DNA of 64,000 bases from Blepharisma stoltei ATCC 30299 (Eukaryota; Protista; Ciliophora). The position numbers were made by a program, and so were the translations under genes. The notes beneath the pieces were generated by a model. The model saw only the letters and a list, made by a program, of their open reading frames with translations. It made no database searches and was not told the DNA's origin. The stretch spans positions 682,001-746,000 of the forward strand of contig CBFDEM010000014.1 in NCBI GenBank assembly GCA_965603825.1. The letters are read 5' to 3'. Shown here piece after piece: positions 12,201 to 25,000 of this stretch (position 1 is the stretch's first letter; the number at the start of each line of letters is the position of its first letter).

Positions 12201-13266
12201 GATATTGCATCCCTTATTACTGCTTCTTATCAAAATGTATTAAGCTCACTTATAAATAAGATCAGTTTTTTCAAAAAAGAAGCAAGAGAATTTGTAAAAT
12301 CTTTAACCAGGTCTCCTGAGTCGACAGATCTAGAAGCATTGCGCAACTGCTTCTCATGGCTTGAATCAGGGAAGTGGATCGAAAAGTTTCAAAAAGGAAC
12401 TTATAGTAATGAGCTGTCAGGTATAGAAAAAGAAATTAAAAATTACACTAAAAAATTATTGGATCAATTAAAAGCGATTGACTTAGGAATTAATTGTCCT
12501 CTCAATGTGGCTAAAGGATACTGTATAGTTCAAAAATTGGACCCAATTCTCCAATTAAAAGAATTTATACCTTCATTAGAAAATAGTGAGAATGATATTT
12601 GGATTAAATTCCAAGAAAGAATTAAAGATACCTTGAAAATTATTAAAAAGGAGTTTTGCCCAGAGCAGAGTGATATTGAAAGGGAAATTAATGACTTAGA
12701 GAGATTACAAAAGATTAGACTTGATTATTCAAAATATAAAGAAGAAAATAAAAATAGCGAGTGTCAAGAATTGCTTAAAAATAACGGATTTGAAACATTT
12801 AAAGAAATAAATCTTGAAATAACAAAAATCCAAAACTTTATCAATATTTTTAACCAAAAATTAACGAAAAATACGCCTAACGTTGATAAAATAGAAAATT
12901 ATTTTAATTATATTCAAGAGTGTAAAAGCATACCCCAGCTCTCGGAATTTGCCATAAGTTTTTCACAGGGTATTTTATCGAATTTATCTCAATTTTACAA
13001 CAATAGTCTTATCTCTTTGGCAGAGTGCTTCGATTCTATTGCAAGGAATATTTCAGATGATACTAATTGTGATTTTGACTCTGTAAAGCAATATTCTCAT
13101 CAGTTTTCTTTAAATTTTAAAGAAATATTGTTATTGAATAAAAAATCTCCATCATTTTTCAACTTTTTGGATTTTCAACCTCAGTTTGAGCATTTTGCCA
13201 ATGAGCTCAATAATTTACGCATAACTTTCCATGAAAAACTAAAAATTAGCAATGAAAGAAATGACT

Positions 13267-13809
13267 TAGTATCTTAGTATCTTAGCATTATTTTAACGCT
13301 GCTTAGCAGCATTTCTCTCTTTTTTCTTCATCACTCTATATAAAAGGACCAACTACTAACTAATAAATTCAGCTTCAGCATCAACTACAGCAAAAACTGC
13401 AGCATCAGCTTCAGTTTCAGCTTCGACTTCTTCATCAACTTCCACATCAACTTCAGCATCAACTTCCGCATCAACTTCAGCATCAACTTCAGCATCAATT
13501 TCAGAATCAACTACATCAACTACTACAAATATAATAACATCAACAAAACAAAAACACAACACAGAGCTCTTCAATGTTGCAAAAGCTGAGTTTGTTTTTC
13601 CCAGTGAATCACCAATTTGCATTCCTCCAAGATTGGCCATCAGGAAATCACCCATCTTCAACTCTCCAAGCTCCACAAATAAAAAATCACTGCAAAGATT
13701 TACGCTTGCACATATCTCCTCACTTTTGCTGTTTGTTTTCGCGAGAAAACAACTCAGGATAACACTTCCAATTTTTGGCGCGAACGCCATTACGTCTGGG
13801 AAATATTAT
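13267..13809. mobile_element. 543-bp TA-bounded IES-like insertion in copy B
   Basis: Flanked by TTAG direct repeats (13266-13269 and 13809-13812). Removal gives RNDL-EAISSWISIANEF, in exact register with copy D KNEL-KKMSLLLAIVNDF. Introduces an in-frame TAG at 13275-13277. Confidence 0.72.
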
Positions 13810-14036
13810 TAGAAGCAATTTCTTCATGAATAAGCATTGCTAATGAATTTAAAGAAATTGATGGGAATTTTTCTGCTATTATAAATGAGTATCAAAAAAT
13901 TCAGAATTCAAAGTTTAAACAGCAAAAAATAATTGATTTAATTGAGAATCATAATTTTGAAACAGCAATAAAATCAATAGAAGAAATGGACAATGATACT
14001 CGAGCTCAATCTATTGATATAATTAAGGAAAAATTA

Positions 14037-14195
14037 TATCATGCTTTACACTTTTTGCAAAAATAAGCGCACATGTGAATTCAAACTCCATTTGTGAATA
14101 AAATTCTAAATCTGGACTTATTAAATTTACAATATTCTACACATGGAGTTCGAATCCACATGCCAACTGCATTTTTTAAATAGAGAAAATCAGTA
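14037..14195. mobile_element. 159-bp TA-bounded IES-like insertion with internal inverted repeat in copy B
   Basis: TATAT direct repeats at 14035 and 14194. Removal gives IKEKLY-CGIEQLLKDAKE versus copy D IKEKVY-CQIENLLKDLKE. Imperfect terminal inverted repeat TATCATGCTTT / TATACTGATTT; ~30-bp inverted arms at 14072-14100 and 14133-14162; in-frame TAA inside. Confidence 0.78.
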
Positions 14196-17100
14196 TATTG
14201 CGGAATTGAACAATTGCTGAAAGACGCAAAAGAAAGGTCTAAAAGCATTAATAACTCGATATTGCAGCAAGCGGAAATAGAGGAAATATATGAAATCTTT
14301 CAAAAATTCGTAAGATTTCAAAAAAGCGGTCTCAATAAGTTTTTTGATAATCACAAAAAAGAAATACTAACAGAATATCAAAATGAAGCAAGAACAGAAT
14401 TTTATAATAAGATTGCAGATTTTATAAATTCTATAGAAATAGACATTAATTTCAACAAATATCATGAAGCTGAGCTCAAAATGAAAATTTTCTTAGAATT
14501 AAAGGACTATATACTTAGTGTTCTTGGAAAACAATTTGAAGCTGACATGTCTCAAACATCAAAAATATTCTTAATAACTTACCAATAACTATTATCGAAA
14601 AAATGGAAAAGTGCGATATCAAAGGTTTTAAGAAATTTCCTCTAAGCTTAATTTTGGAAGAATTAGAAAAAGCTTCAAGAAATTTTCAAAAGTATAGTGA
14701 TTGCCTCTACAAAGTAAAAGAAATAATATCCAGCAAATTTGAACAAATAAAAGTTAATATCCAAAATAAAAATAATCCTGAAAAGAAAAGAATTGTTGAT
14801 GAAATATCTTCTATTTTAGAATTTTTGCCAAAAGAATACGAAGCTTCAGCTAAGAACTTAATTAGCGAATTATTGAAAAGTTATAGAGAAATTAAAAAAT
14901 TTACAAGAGGAAGAATCGATACTCTTGCGAGCAACCAAGAAATAAGCGATATATGCAAAATGATTAATTCTTTAAAAAAGGATGGCTCCAATTCAGATTA
15001 TGCATATGCGAAAAATAAATTGAGGATGCTTTATATTTAATTAAAGGAGAAATTAGTTTAGCAATCGATAGGAAAGATTTAGATACTGTTTTTAAAAAAG
15101 CAAGAGTTTTGAAGCTCAAAGAAAATTTAGATTCTGTATTGAAAGAAAGCCATGGAATGCTTACAGAAATTAATGATAGTATCACTAAGTTAATAAAAAA
15201 GGCTTTAAATATTCTTCTGAATATTGAGCATAAGGATGATAGTGCTGAGATTATAGAAGCATTCAAAATTTATTCTATTGCAATGGATTTTAAAATTGAT
15301 TGTGAGGAAGAAAAATTGTCGTCTAACATGTTTGGAATTAATAACACTATCGAAAGCATGCAAGCTAGCATTATAGCCTTTTACGAGAAACTTGACAATA
15401 GTTATATGGAATATAAACCTCCAAAAAACACTATCAAGTGCAGCAAAATATTAAATAAAATCAAACAATGGGATGATTTTTTACAAATTTTTAAAGAATA
15501 TCAAAATCAGCATCCCAGGGGTGATATTTTAAAAATTAGAGGAATCCGCCGATATGCAGATTTTGCTGATGATTTAAATCAAACTCTTTATGATTTTTAT
15601 GATTATTTCTTAAATTTTAGAATTCAAAATAATGAAGTTAAGCACCCAAAACTTCTGGAGGACTGTGTTAATAATATCAAAAAAAAATGAAGCCAAATAA
15701 AAAGCTTTGAGGGAGTAAAAATCCATTTAAATTCAAATATTGTTAATCTTGAAGAAATACAATCTAATGTAATCAAATCAATTTCAGGTGAAATTTATAG
15801 GATTGTCGAAGACGCTTCAAATTTGATAAAGAAAGATGATATCAGGAAAGAAGATTTTAATCAAATTCAGATTTATTATAATTGTTTGACTCATTTCGAG
15901 GCAAATTTAAGTATTAAAGGTTTTGATTGCAATCATACACTTAGAATGATAGAAGACAAAATTTATGAAAAAACATTAGAATTAAAGGAAAAAGCTGAAA
16001 AAGGAGAGGGAGCAAGCGAAATTGTTGAGTCTATGATAGGCATGAAAAATATTTCAAATAATTTTCCTTTATTAAAGAAACGATTAGATTCAATTTTAGA
16101 TGAATTTTTAGAGACATTTAGGAAAAAGAACAAAACAAAAGCAGTCGCAATCTTAGAAGAGCTAGAAAAGCACCCTAGTGGACTAGGACTCTGCATTATC
16201 ACAGAACATAAATTCTTTGATGGAGTTATGCAAAGATTGTGGCTGAAAAAAACTCAAGAACATGGAATCGACTATGCCTTGGAGCATATCCAAGGCTCAA
16301 ATCTGAATATTGAAGAGCTAAATGATAATTATTTTGACTACATTGAAAAATTAGGTGAAATCCAAAAAAATTATCTAAGATTGGCTAGCAATAAAGGAGT
16401 GAATACTGCGATAGCTCAAATAGTTAGCGAAATCCAGGTTCTATCTAAAAAATATATGGAAAATTGTCGAAATCCAAATATTAGTCTAATAAAAGAATAT
16501 ATTCCAGAGCTTTTAGCGTATATTGCATGGCTATGGGTACTTTTGAATATTGAAAAATACAAGCAAGATATGAATGATGAAGATAATCAAATTGCATTCA
16601 TAACACCTCATCCTATACAAGTCCTATCAATATTTCGTATGCTTGGGATTGGCTATAATGAGAATACAAACCCTGGAAATAATCTTGTGCAAATTTTAAC
16701 TGGGGAAGGAAAGTCAATTACATTGGCATTCTTATCATCTATTCTTGCTTTATTGGGATTTGATATAAATTGTGCTTGCTATAGTGAGCATCTAAGTAAA
16801 AGAGACTCTCAAGATTTTGAGCCTTTATACACAGCTTTAAGTATTTGCTCTTATATAAAGTATGGAACTTTTAATCAACTTTGTGAAGATGAAATCAATT
16901 CTAAAGGAGATATTAGAGAGATAGTTTTAGATTTTATTAGACTTGGAAAGATTCCTAACATTAGCTATAGAGATAATGAAAGACCTAAAATTCTCCTAAT
17001 AGATGAAGTCGATGTATTTTTCACTAAATCATTTTATGGAAATATTTATAGGCCCCTCGCAAAGCTTAAAGATCCAACAATTAACAATTTAACAGATTAC

Positions 17101-19269
17101 ATATAAAAATATAGAAAAACGCCTAAGCTTTTTGAGTGATTGGATTCAAATGAGTATAATCAGTGCTGCCAAAAATTTCCAGGCTTTGAATTTCTTATAG
17201 AAGAAGCTGTTAAAGATATGATAACTCATGTGCGTCAATTTGAGTCTCATGGTTATATAGTCAAAAATGATAAAATTTGCTACAAAGAGAATGATGGGAT
17301 TTTATCTAATATTGTTTATGGGTATAGCACATTGTTTGCTTATTATTTGGAGAATGAAAAAGGAAATATTAGTCAAGATAGCTTAAAAGAAAATATTTTC
17401 ATTGGAATTAAATGTGGAATGTTCTCATTTGCAGAAATACCTCATAAATATAATTATATTATGGGAGTCACTGGAACTTTAGAAGATTTAGGGGCCTATG
17501 AAAAAAATATTATAGAGAGTGAATATAGAATAAAATTAAAAACGCTAATGCCATCAGTATTTGGGGAAAGCAATAGAAAATATTGTACCAATGAGGATAT
17601 TTATGTGGAAAACAAGCACAGTTACTATAATAAGATACTAGAAGAAATAAATATTCGAATAGAAGGCAAAAAACCAGGTTGCAAAAGAGCTGTATTGGTA
17701 TTTTTTGAAGAAGAAGCAAAATTAATACATTTCTATAATAATTCGAACTTAAGGAACACTGACTATGACATACAGTTGATGACAGAGAGTTTATCGGTAG
17801 AAGATAGAGGTATGATCATTAAAAAAGCCACAGTTCCAAATACTGTGTCATTATTGACAAGAGCTTATGGCAGAGGAATTGATTTTAAATGTTACAATCA
17901 TGAAGTTGAGACCAATGGAGGAGTTCATGTAATCCAAGTATTTTTATCAGAAAATATATCAGAAGAAACTCAAATTAAGGGTAGATCTGCAAGACAAGGG
18001 CAAGAAGGATCGTATAGTATAATACTTTTAGATGATGACCTAGAAAAATTCCAAATCATGAATGAAGACATTGAAGGAATGAAAAAAAATAGAAGAGAAT
18101 TTTATGAGTCTTTGAATAGCAAAAGAAATAATTTTAATCAAATCAAGAATGTCAATGAATCAAACTATGTGAAACAATCAAAAATTTTTCATGATGAGAC
18201 AATAAAATTTTTGAAGAAAATCATATATAGGGATCTCAAATTCTCTAAAGCATATTTGTGAGAGTTGAATAAAGGTCGCAGCATCAATTTAGGGATATCG
18301 AAAACAATTGTTTTAATGGATGCAACTGGATCTATGTCTCATTTATTGCAAAGTGTCAAAAATACAGTGAAAATTATGTTTTGACGCATGTGCGCAGTGC
18401 TTTCAAATACAGGAATAAGCCCTGAGTGCTTCCAATTGCAGTATTGTGTGTATAGAAATTATAGTTCTACTGAAGATAAAATCCTCCAAGTTTCACCATG
18501 AACAAATAATCCAGATATTCTTGAAAGGTTTATGGCAAATGTACAACCAGAAGGAGGTTGGGGAAACGAAGCAATAGAGGTTGGATTATGGCACGTAAAT
18601 AACGTTTTAAAAAATGATACAATTTCACAAGTTATTTTAATCGGTGATATGCCTCCAAATACAGTTGATGATATTCAGGAAAAACGAGGCAAATATATTT
18701 CGTATTGAAATCAATCTAAATTTAGAGCTGTTGAACACTATAAGCAGGAGTTGGCAACAATCATAGATAAGAAAGTCCCAATAAATGCATTTTATGTAAA
18801 AAATAACGCCAAAGAAGCTTTTGAAGAAATTGCAGCTTTAGCAAAAGGACAAAGTGGATTTCTTGATATTAATTCAATTTCAGGGGCTGAAAGACTAACT
18901 GATTTGGTTTCTACTGAGATTTTAAGGAAAGTAGCTGGAGAAGAAGCAGCCAATCTTTATAAAGAAATGTACCCACCTTCATATACTTAATTTAACTCAG
19001 CTTTTATTCACTTTTATTAAAGTAAAATCCTGCTCAATAGTAATTTACTATAAATTGCAATTCAGAATGTGGTTTTGGCATTCTAATTTTCTAATATATA
19101 ATTTTAGAGTGAAATTCAATTATATTATATATGCAATTTAAGCTTGCAGGAAAATAAATAACTTTTACTTAAACCTTAGCACCTTACCAATCTAACAACC
19201 TAAAAAAATAGGTAATTCTGTGCTATCTCGAACTATTAATAATCTGGCTAATATAAGATTTAAATATTT

Positions 19270-20560
19270 AACATCAGAGCAGATTATGCAAATTAGATAT
19301 TATCCTGTGCTGCGCAAATCCGAATTTTGGTGCAAAAGGATTGCATTTAGAATTAAACTTTGTGAATTCTTATCAGAGTTTGCACATACAGCAATAAGAC
19401 ATATACTATTGACAATTTTGTGATATCTGTAATTCTTCAAATGATTCATAAATTCTACCAGATCAAGTCATAGTAGATCCAAGCAACCTTAAAATGCATA
19501 TTTTCCAGTGAAGTTTACTGCTCTGATAAAAATTTGTGTGCTACCTGCAACTCTAATCACTATTACCCTTATTGTGATTATACAGGCTCTGAATGACTTG
19601 CTTGCAGAGAGAAGTGCAAATTTTGCTTTGTGCATAATTCTTGTTCTGAGTATACCCAGTCTGATCGAATACATATTATTAGTTACCTGGAAACTGTGCA
19701 TGTAATGAAGCGCAGTGCACTGTTCATCAAAAAATGCAGAACTTGACAGCAATTCGCTAAGCAGATGCAAAAATTGGTATAACTTGAACAGCTCAAATAA
19801 ATAAATAAATAAATAGCCACCTGAACCTCCTCTGCACTTTCTGCAATAAAAGTGATAGGAGTTTTTTTTTTACAGATGTGTTCCCAATCCTGAGTTAAAG
19901 AGTATGCCCAGCTCCTGCACTGATAACTCCTAATCTCTTCCCTGCAGTTTCAGAGATTATACTATTTGCCTCACAGAAAATGTATCACATGCAAAAATGC
20001 TTATCAAATACGCTGATTAATGGCGCTTTCTTTTCTTCATGAATAATTCTATATATGCATATTTTTTGTAAATATCGACACAACAATTAATGCAGAATGT
20101 AATATGGTGCTACTTGATTCCTATTTATAAAAAAATGGGAAAAATCCAATTCACGCATGGGTCGATTCAGGAACTTAAAAATTAGATTTTAAACAGAGAA
20201 CAGACGAAATCTTTTAGATAGATTGCATATACTTAAATATAGAGAAGACAATGCACATTAGATTACGAGCCAATAATAATCAAACCCTAGCTTGAAGGAA
20301 ACATATACCCTCAAGCAATTTTATCGGGCCCTCCTTGTGACATCGATCTTCTAATATTTTCTGCAGACCTATCAACTGGATTTATTTGCTCATCTTTTAG
20401 CAATCAATGAAGTGCTGTTCTGAGTCCAACGAACTCGCTAGTGTCATCAAAAATTGCTGAGGGAAAGACTTGACAATTTATATTTCTTTTCTGTGGTTCA
20501 ATTCCAAAACGCCTATATTTCCTTATAGGTATTTTTTATGTAAATGATGATATTAGTAGT
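19270..20560 (+). pseudogene. Decayed Cys-rich (CxxC, furin/EGF-like) surface-protein relic, possibly followed by a REJ/PKD-like fragment
   Basis: Fragments such as EVYCSDKNLCATCNSNHYYPYCDYTGSEWLACREKCKFC (~19510-19630) and YPQAILSGPPCDIDLLIFSADLSTG (~20305-20380), with many stops and frameshifts. Confidence 0.4.
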
Positions 20561-21199
20561 CTAGAATATCCCCTCCAATTCAAAATTTATTTTATCAGTT
20601 TAAATACCTTCATTTATCCTAAAGAGATAAATTATGACGCTAAAATTGCACTGTTCTTAGATTTTTGCTAAGAGTTTTGGCACTCAAAAATCCTTAGAAA
20701 TATCGAAGCCTGTAACTCTTGGTGATAAGGTCATGATTGACAGACATGCTGACATGAACCAAAGAGAATTTTACACAGAAAGCTCTGATTTTGACGTTGA
20801 AACCTTTAATCTTAAAGAGTACTTTTGGAGCTGCATTTTTATAACTAGGCCAACTCTTTTTAGAACGCTTTGATGCTTTATATTTTACACAACCCTTTCA
20901 TTTTTGGTTAAGGCAGTTTATATGACTTGCAAGCGACTAAGAGTTCGGTGGTGTGCGAACAGATATTTTGATATGCTTGGGCCTGCATTTAGAGACATGC
21001 AGCTTGTGAAGTTCAACCAAAGGCTGTATTTTAAAAAATTACATAGCTATGATTAAGGATAAACTAGGATATAATTATGGATTAAATAGATTTCTATTGA
21101 ATTGTAAATAGAGAAGACTCTATATTTGTCTATGGTTTTTTAGTAGTGTGAAGCCATAAATATTTTTTAAATTGACAGCAAAAGACTAGAGGAGTAGTC

Positions 21200-21300
21200 A
21201 GATTTCTTACCTCAAAAAATTTAATGTTAGGAAATACCTTATATGTCATCAGTATTTGGCAGAAACAATCGAACATTCGGCAAGGATAAAGATGTTAATA
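21200..21300 (+). pseudogene. Tiny relic of a SecA-like domain paralogue
   Basis: Reads YMSSVFGRNNRTFGKDKDV, compared with YMPSVFGDNRRTFAIEKDV in copy E. Confidence 0.5.
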
Positions 21301-22052
21301 AATTTTAAAACTTATTATACCCTTTGCTGCACATTTGCTTTTAAAGAGAAAAGAGTTGATTATTCGAAGGGTTATTTCCCAGACCTAACTACCTAAATTA
21401 AGTGAGAAGCAAAACACTGAATTCCTAAATTGATTTAGAATATTAAGTTTAAAGTATTTTCTTCACCAATTTCTAAATTTGCAATCAGATTTCTCAAAGC
21501 TTACAGTTAGCTAAGAGTTAAAGAAATGCCTATTTATGAATTTTTTTTGCAACGCACCAAAAGAGGAAATATGTTTTTCGATCGTAGAGGTCAGAATATT
21601 TTCAAAATTTGCAGTAGCTTATCTGTGCATGCTAAATACTTATAATTAGTCCAATTAATCGTAGTTATTTATCATCGTTACATAAAAAATTATAGCAGCT
21701 ATTTTACCTATAAGAAGGCCCTTTTAATTCATACTCTAAATCTAATCAGAAAATTATTATTAAGCTAAAATTATAAAAATTAATTGAGTATTTATATAGC
21801 ATTAGCATGCCTAGTATTCTTAAAAAATACGGAGACTATATGCAAAAATTATAGCATAAGTTTGAATATTCCTATCATATTTTGAAATATGTAATATATG
21901 AATCGAATGGAAAGCCAAATGTCCAATCATTATGAAAAATTGAGCTTTAACAGACATCTAAAAATTCCTTTTATAAAAATATTACATATTTAATATTTCT
22001 CGCCCATATTTTTAAACAAATATTTCCAAAAAATATAGAAGGATTATAATAA

Positions 22053-25000
22053 ATGATTCCTAAGAGCTATTCAATTCTCAATTTTAAGATAATAGAACTT
22101 GTTTTTAAAGCGAAACAAGTTTTAGAGCCAGAGCTCAGCTTTACTTTAACAGATTCGAAAACTTCGCAAGAAATCTATAGATCTCCTATTTCCTTAGTGT
22201 CCCAGCTCATAAATCTTCCTCCTGTTCAAATAGAGCCAGACATTTTAAGGTCTCCATCCTTAAGCTTTTACCTAAAAACCGCAAAAGGTGTAGAGCTGTT
22301 GGGGTCGGCCTCATTCGATCTCAGTAAAAAATTTCCCATGAAAAAGTCCTTTAATATTAAAAAGACTATAGGTGTTAAAATAGAAATTAATAAAGGAGAA
22401 GCGCAATTGCCAGAATTTGCCCAAGAACGTCCAGATATAAATACAGCTGATGTTGCAGTTTTAGCAGAAGAACTTAGAAAGGGATTAACTAAATATGATT
22501 TCAAAAGTCCTGATGATCTAGAAGAAGCAATAGAGACCACTAGAAGATCTATCACAGTGAACCAAAAAATTAAAAAGCATCTTGTAAAATTTGAAGAAGA
22601 GAAACTTGCTGACTTGGAATGGCTGCTTTCCAGCCGCAATAAGGTGCGCTCAAATTCTTTATTGATTATAAATCCCATAGAGATTGCTACTCAAAAAAAG
22701 ATTGACGTTATAGAAGGGCTGATGGACGATCTTAAAGTTATGCCATCTTGTGCTGAGAAATTTCTTACCAGCATTTTATGCTATTCCTATTATAAATCAT
22801 ATAATTTTGACCCGGAGCTATATATTCACAGAAAAGTAGAAGTTATAAATCCTAATATAGAATTCAGCAATTTCATTGAGTTTTTAAAGCAAAAAGGGGA
22901 AGATGATGTGCCGGAAGACTTTCGAAAGCATTTTGAAAATCAAGAATGAGAAAAATTGATTAGTGAAACAGAAAAAATCCTGAAAGATTATAGACCTGTT
23001 AATGTAAAGGAGATGAGCCGCTTAATTAAAAAATCAGCTAAAAATTCTGGGGAATTAGAAAATAAAGACATTATTTTACTAATTGGGGCTACAGGATCAG
23101 GAAAATCAACAACAACCCATTTTCTATGCGGCTCTAATATGGAAGTTGTTAAAGAAGAAGATGGAATAACCGGTATTAAAGCTACTTTTATACATAATCC
23201 CGCATTAAAAAGTACTGTAATTTCATCTGGTAATCATTCAGAAACGAGATATATCACGCATATTCCAATAAATTTAGCTGATGCTGGTGAGACTATTTTT
23301 TTATGCGATACTCCAGGATTAATGGATACAAGTGGACCAGAAGTGGACATGGCAAACACAATAAGCATTGTCGAGTATGTAAAAAAATGTCGAAGTGTGA
23401 GGCCATTAATTTTGCTAAGCTCAAAAAATGAAGGAGATAGATTTGAAGGAGTTCAGAAACTTGCTCAGACTCTAGGAAGAATTATTACCGATTTCAATAA
23501 ATATAGCATATCATTTACCTATGCTTTTACAAAGTATAAAAAGTCAGATGCTTCAAATATACATGGAAAAGTAAATCGAATAATAAGCAGTCAAGAAAAT
23601 AATAATACAGCATTTTTTCATATTTTGAAAGATATAAGAGATAAAACAAGAGACGGCGCCTTGACTATTAATCCTATTAAAGACGATCATCAAGAATTAC
23701 TTAGGAAAATAATGGAGAGAGATCCAATTTTGGACCCAAAAAATGCTTTTGAAAGATTTATCACAGAAGAGTCAAGAGGTAAACTAGAGCACCAAGTAGA
23801 TCTTAGCAAAGGAGAAATCGATAAAGCACTAAATTCCCTTAACTATGAAATGATCAGATATAAATTGGATGAGCTTCAATACATTGGGGCATTATTCAGT
23901 GAATTTGAGCCTAAATAAAAAAATCCATAGAGCCCTAAAAATATCAGACAATATCAGAAAAAAGCATTTGAGAGGGGAAACGCCTCCTTCAAATGGAATG
24001 CTAGAAAATATTGTCAATAAGCTAAGTCTTACTCAGTCAGACTTTAAAGTAGAAGACGTTGATGATTATATTTTGAGAACTCAGTTAAGAAATGGTAAAA
24101 TCTTAGGCGAATCATTTGAAGACCTAGCACCTCTTTATAAAAGTCTTTGCGACAAATATTTAAGCTTTATTGAAAAATTACTGACGTCTGGGAGTGCAAA
24201 TTTGAAAAATAACAATTTCGTAGATTTTGCTAATAACATTTCTGAAGCATATAGACATTTAGGAATTGCCCGTGAGCACTTGGGCTATGCAAATTTAGAT
24301 GAGAAGCTTGATCTTTTAAAAATTCAATTTATTTCAAGCTTAAAAGAGCGATTTAATAACTCAATTGCTGCATTAGAGAAAGAACGCATTGAAAAAATTA
24401 ATATCGAAGCGCTTAAAGACAATATTTCAATTATAAAAGCAGCCTCGGATGTTCATAATTTGCGTAAACTTATAGCTGAGAATGACATAGGCAATCTTTT
24501 ATCATTAATTATGGAAAAATACCAAGCATATTTCGAAAAATCTAAGGCTCACGTTTTATCAATTATAAATAATAAAGAAACGCGTAATATCTCTGAAATC
24601 GAAGCTAACTTTGACGAATTTGTTTTACTAATGGAAGTTCCAGACATAGAATATCTCATAGCTGCTTCTTATCAAGATACGCTTCGCTCCTTAGAATCTA
24701 AAATCAACTTTTACAAGAATGAAGCAAAAGGTATTATTAAATCTTTCAGCAACTCGCCTGAATCTGTAGACTTTGCACCGCTACGTGACTGCTTCGCTTG
24801 TCTTGAGTCAGGAAAATGGATTGAAAAATTCAGCAAAGGAATTTATAGCAACGAACTTTCAGTAGTAGAAAAAGAAATTAATTCTTTCATTGATAAACTC
24901 TTGGCTGAACTAAAAGAAATTGATTTAGGATATCAGTTTCCTATTAATGTATCTAAAGGATACTCTATCGTCCAAAAAATGAGAGAAGTTGTACAATTAA

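Larger units (their letters stand above)
9234..18990 (+). pseudogene. Giant C2-like/GTPase/SecA-like/vWA family gene, copy B: full length but interrupted
   Basis: ATG 9234; motifs GITGSGKST, DPPG, QILTGEGKS, DEVD, GVTGT, GRGIDF, QIKGRSARQG, DATGSM; stop TAA 18988-18990. Lesions: insertions at 13267-13809 and 14037-14195, frameshifts near 14550 and 15020, and TAA at 17104-17106 where the paralogues have TGA (DYIW). Confidence 0.85.

Noticed and set aside
13356-13790. 144-aa minus-strand ORF with DAEV repeats as an independent gene
   Set aside because: It lies wholly in the 543-bp insert, is kept open by a 12-bp repeat and has no recognisable domain.
14140-14165. tRNA gene suggested by GTTCGAATCC
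   Set aside because: No acceptor stem, D arm or anticodon arm is recognisable; the motif is part of an inverted repeat in the insertion.
14545-15030. Tiny 15-16-nt spliceosomal introns as the explanation for the frameshifts in B (also C and D)
   Set aside because: No suitable GT...AG segment was found, and paralogue alignments point to 1-2-bp indels.
17104-17106. TAA/TAG reassignment or readthrough (in-frame TAA here and at 26077)
   Set aside because: These occur only in copies with other lesions and align to different residues (Trp at 17104; Lys/Asn at 26077). Intact copies E and F have no internal TAA or TAG.
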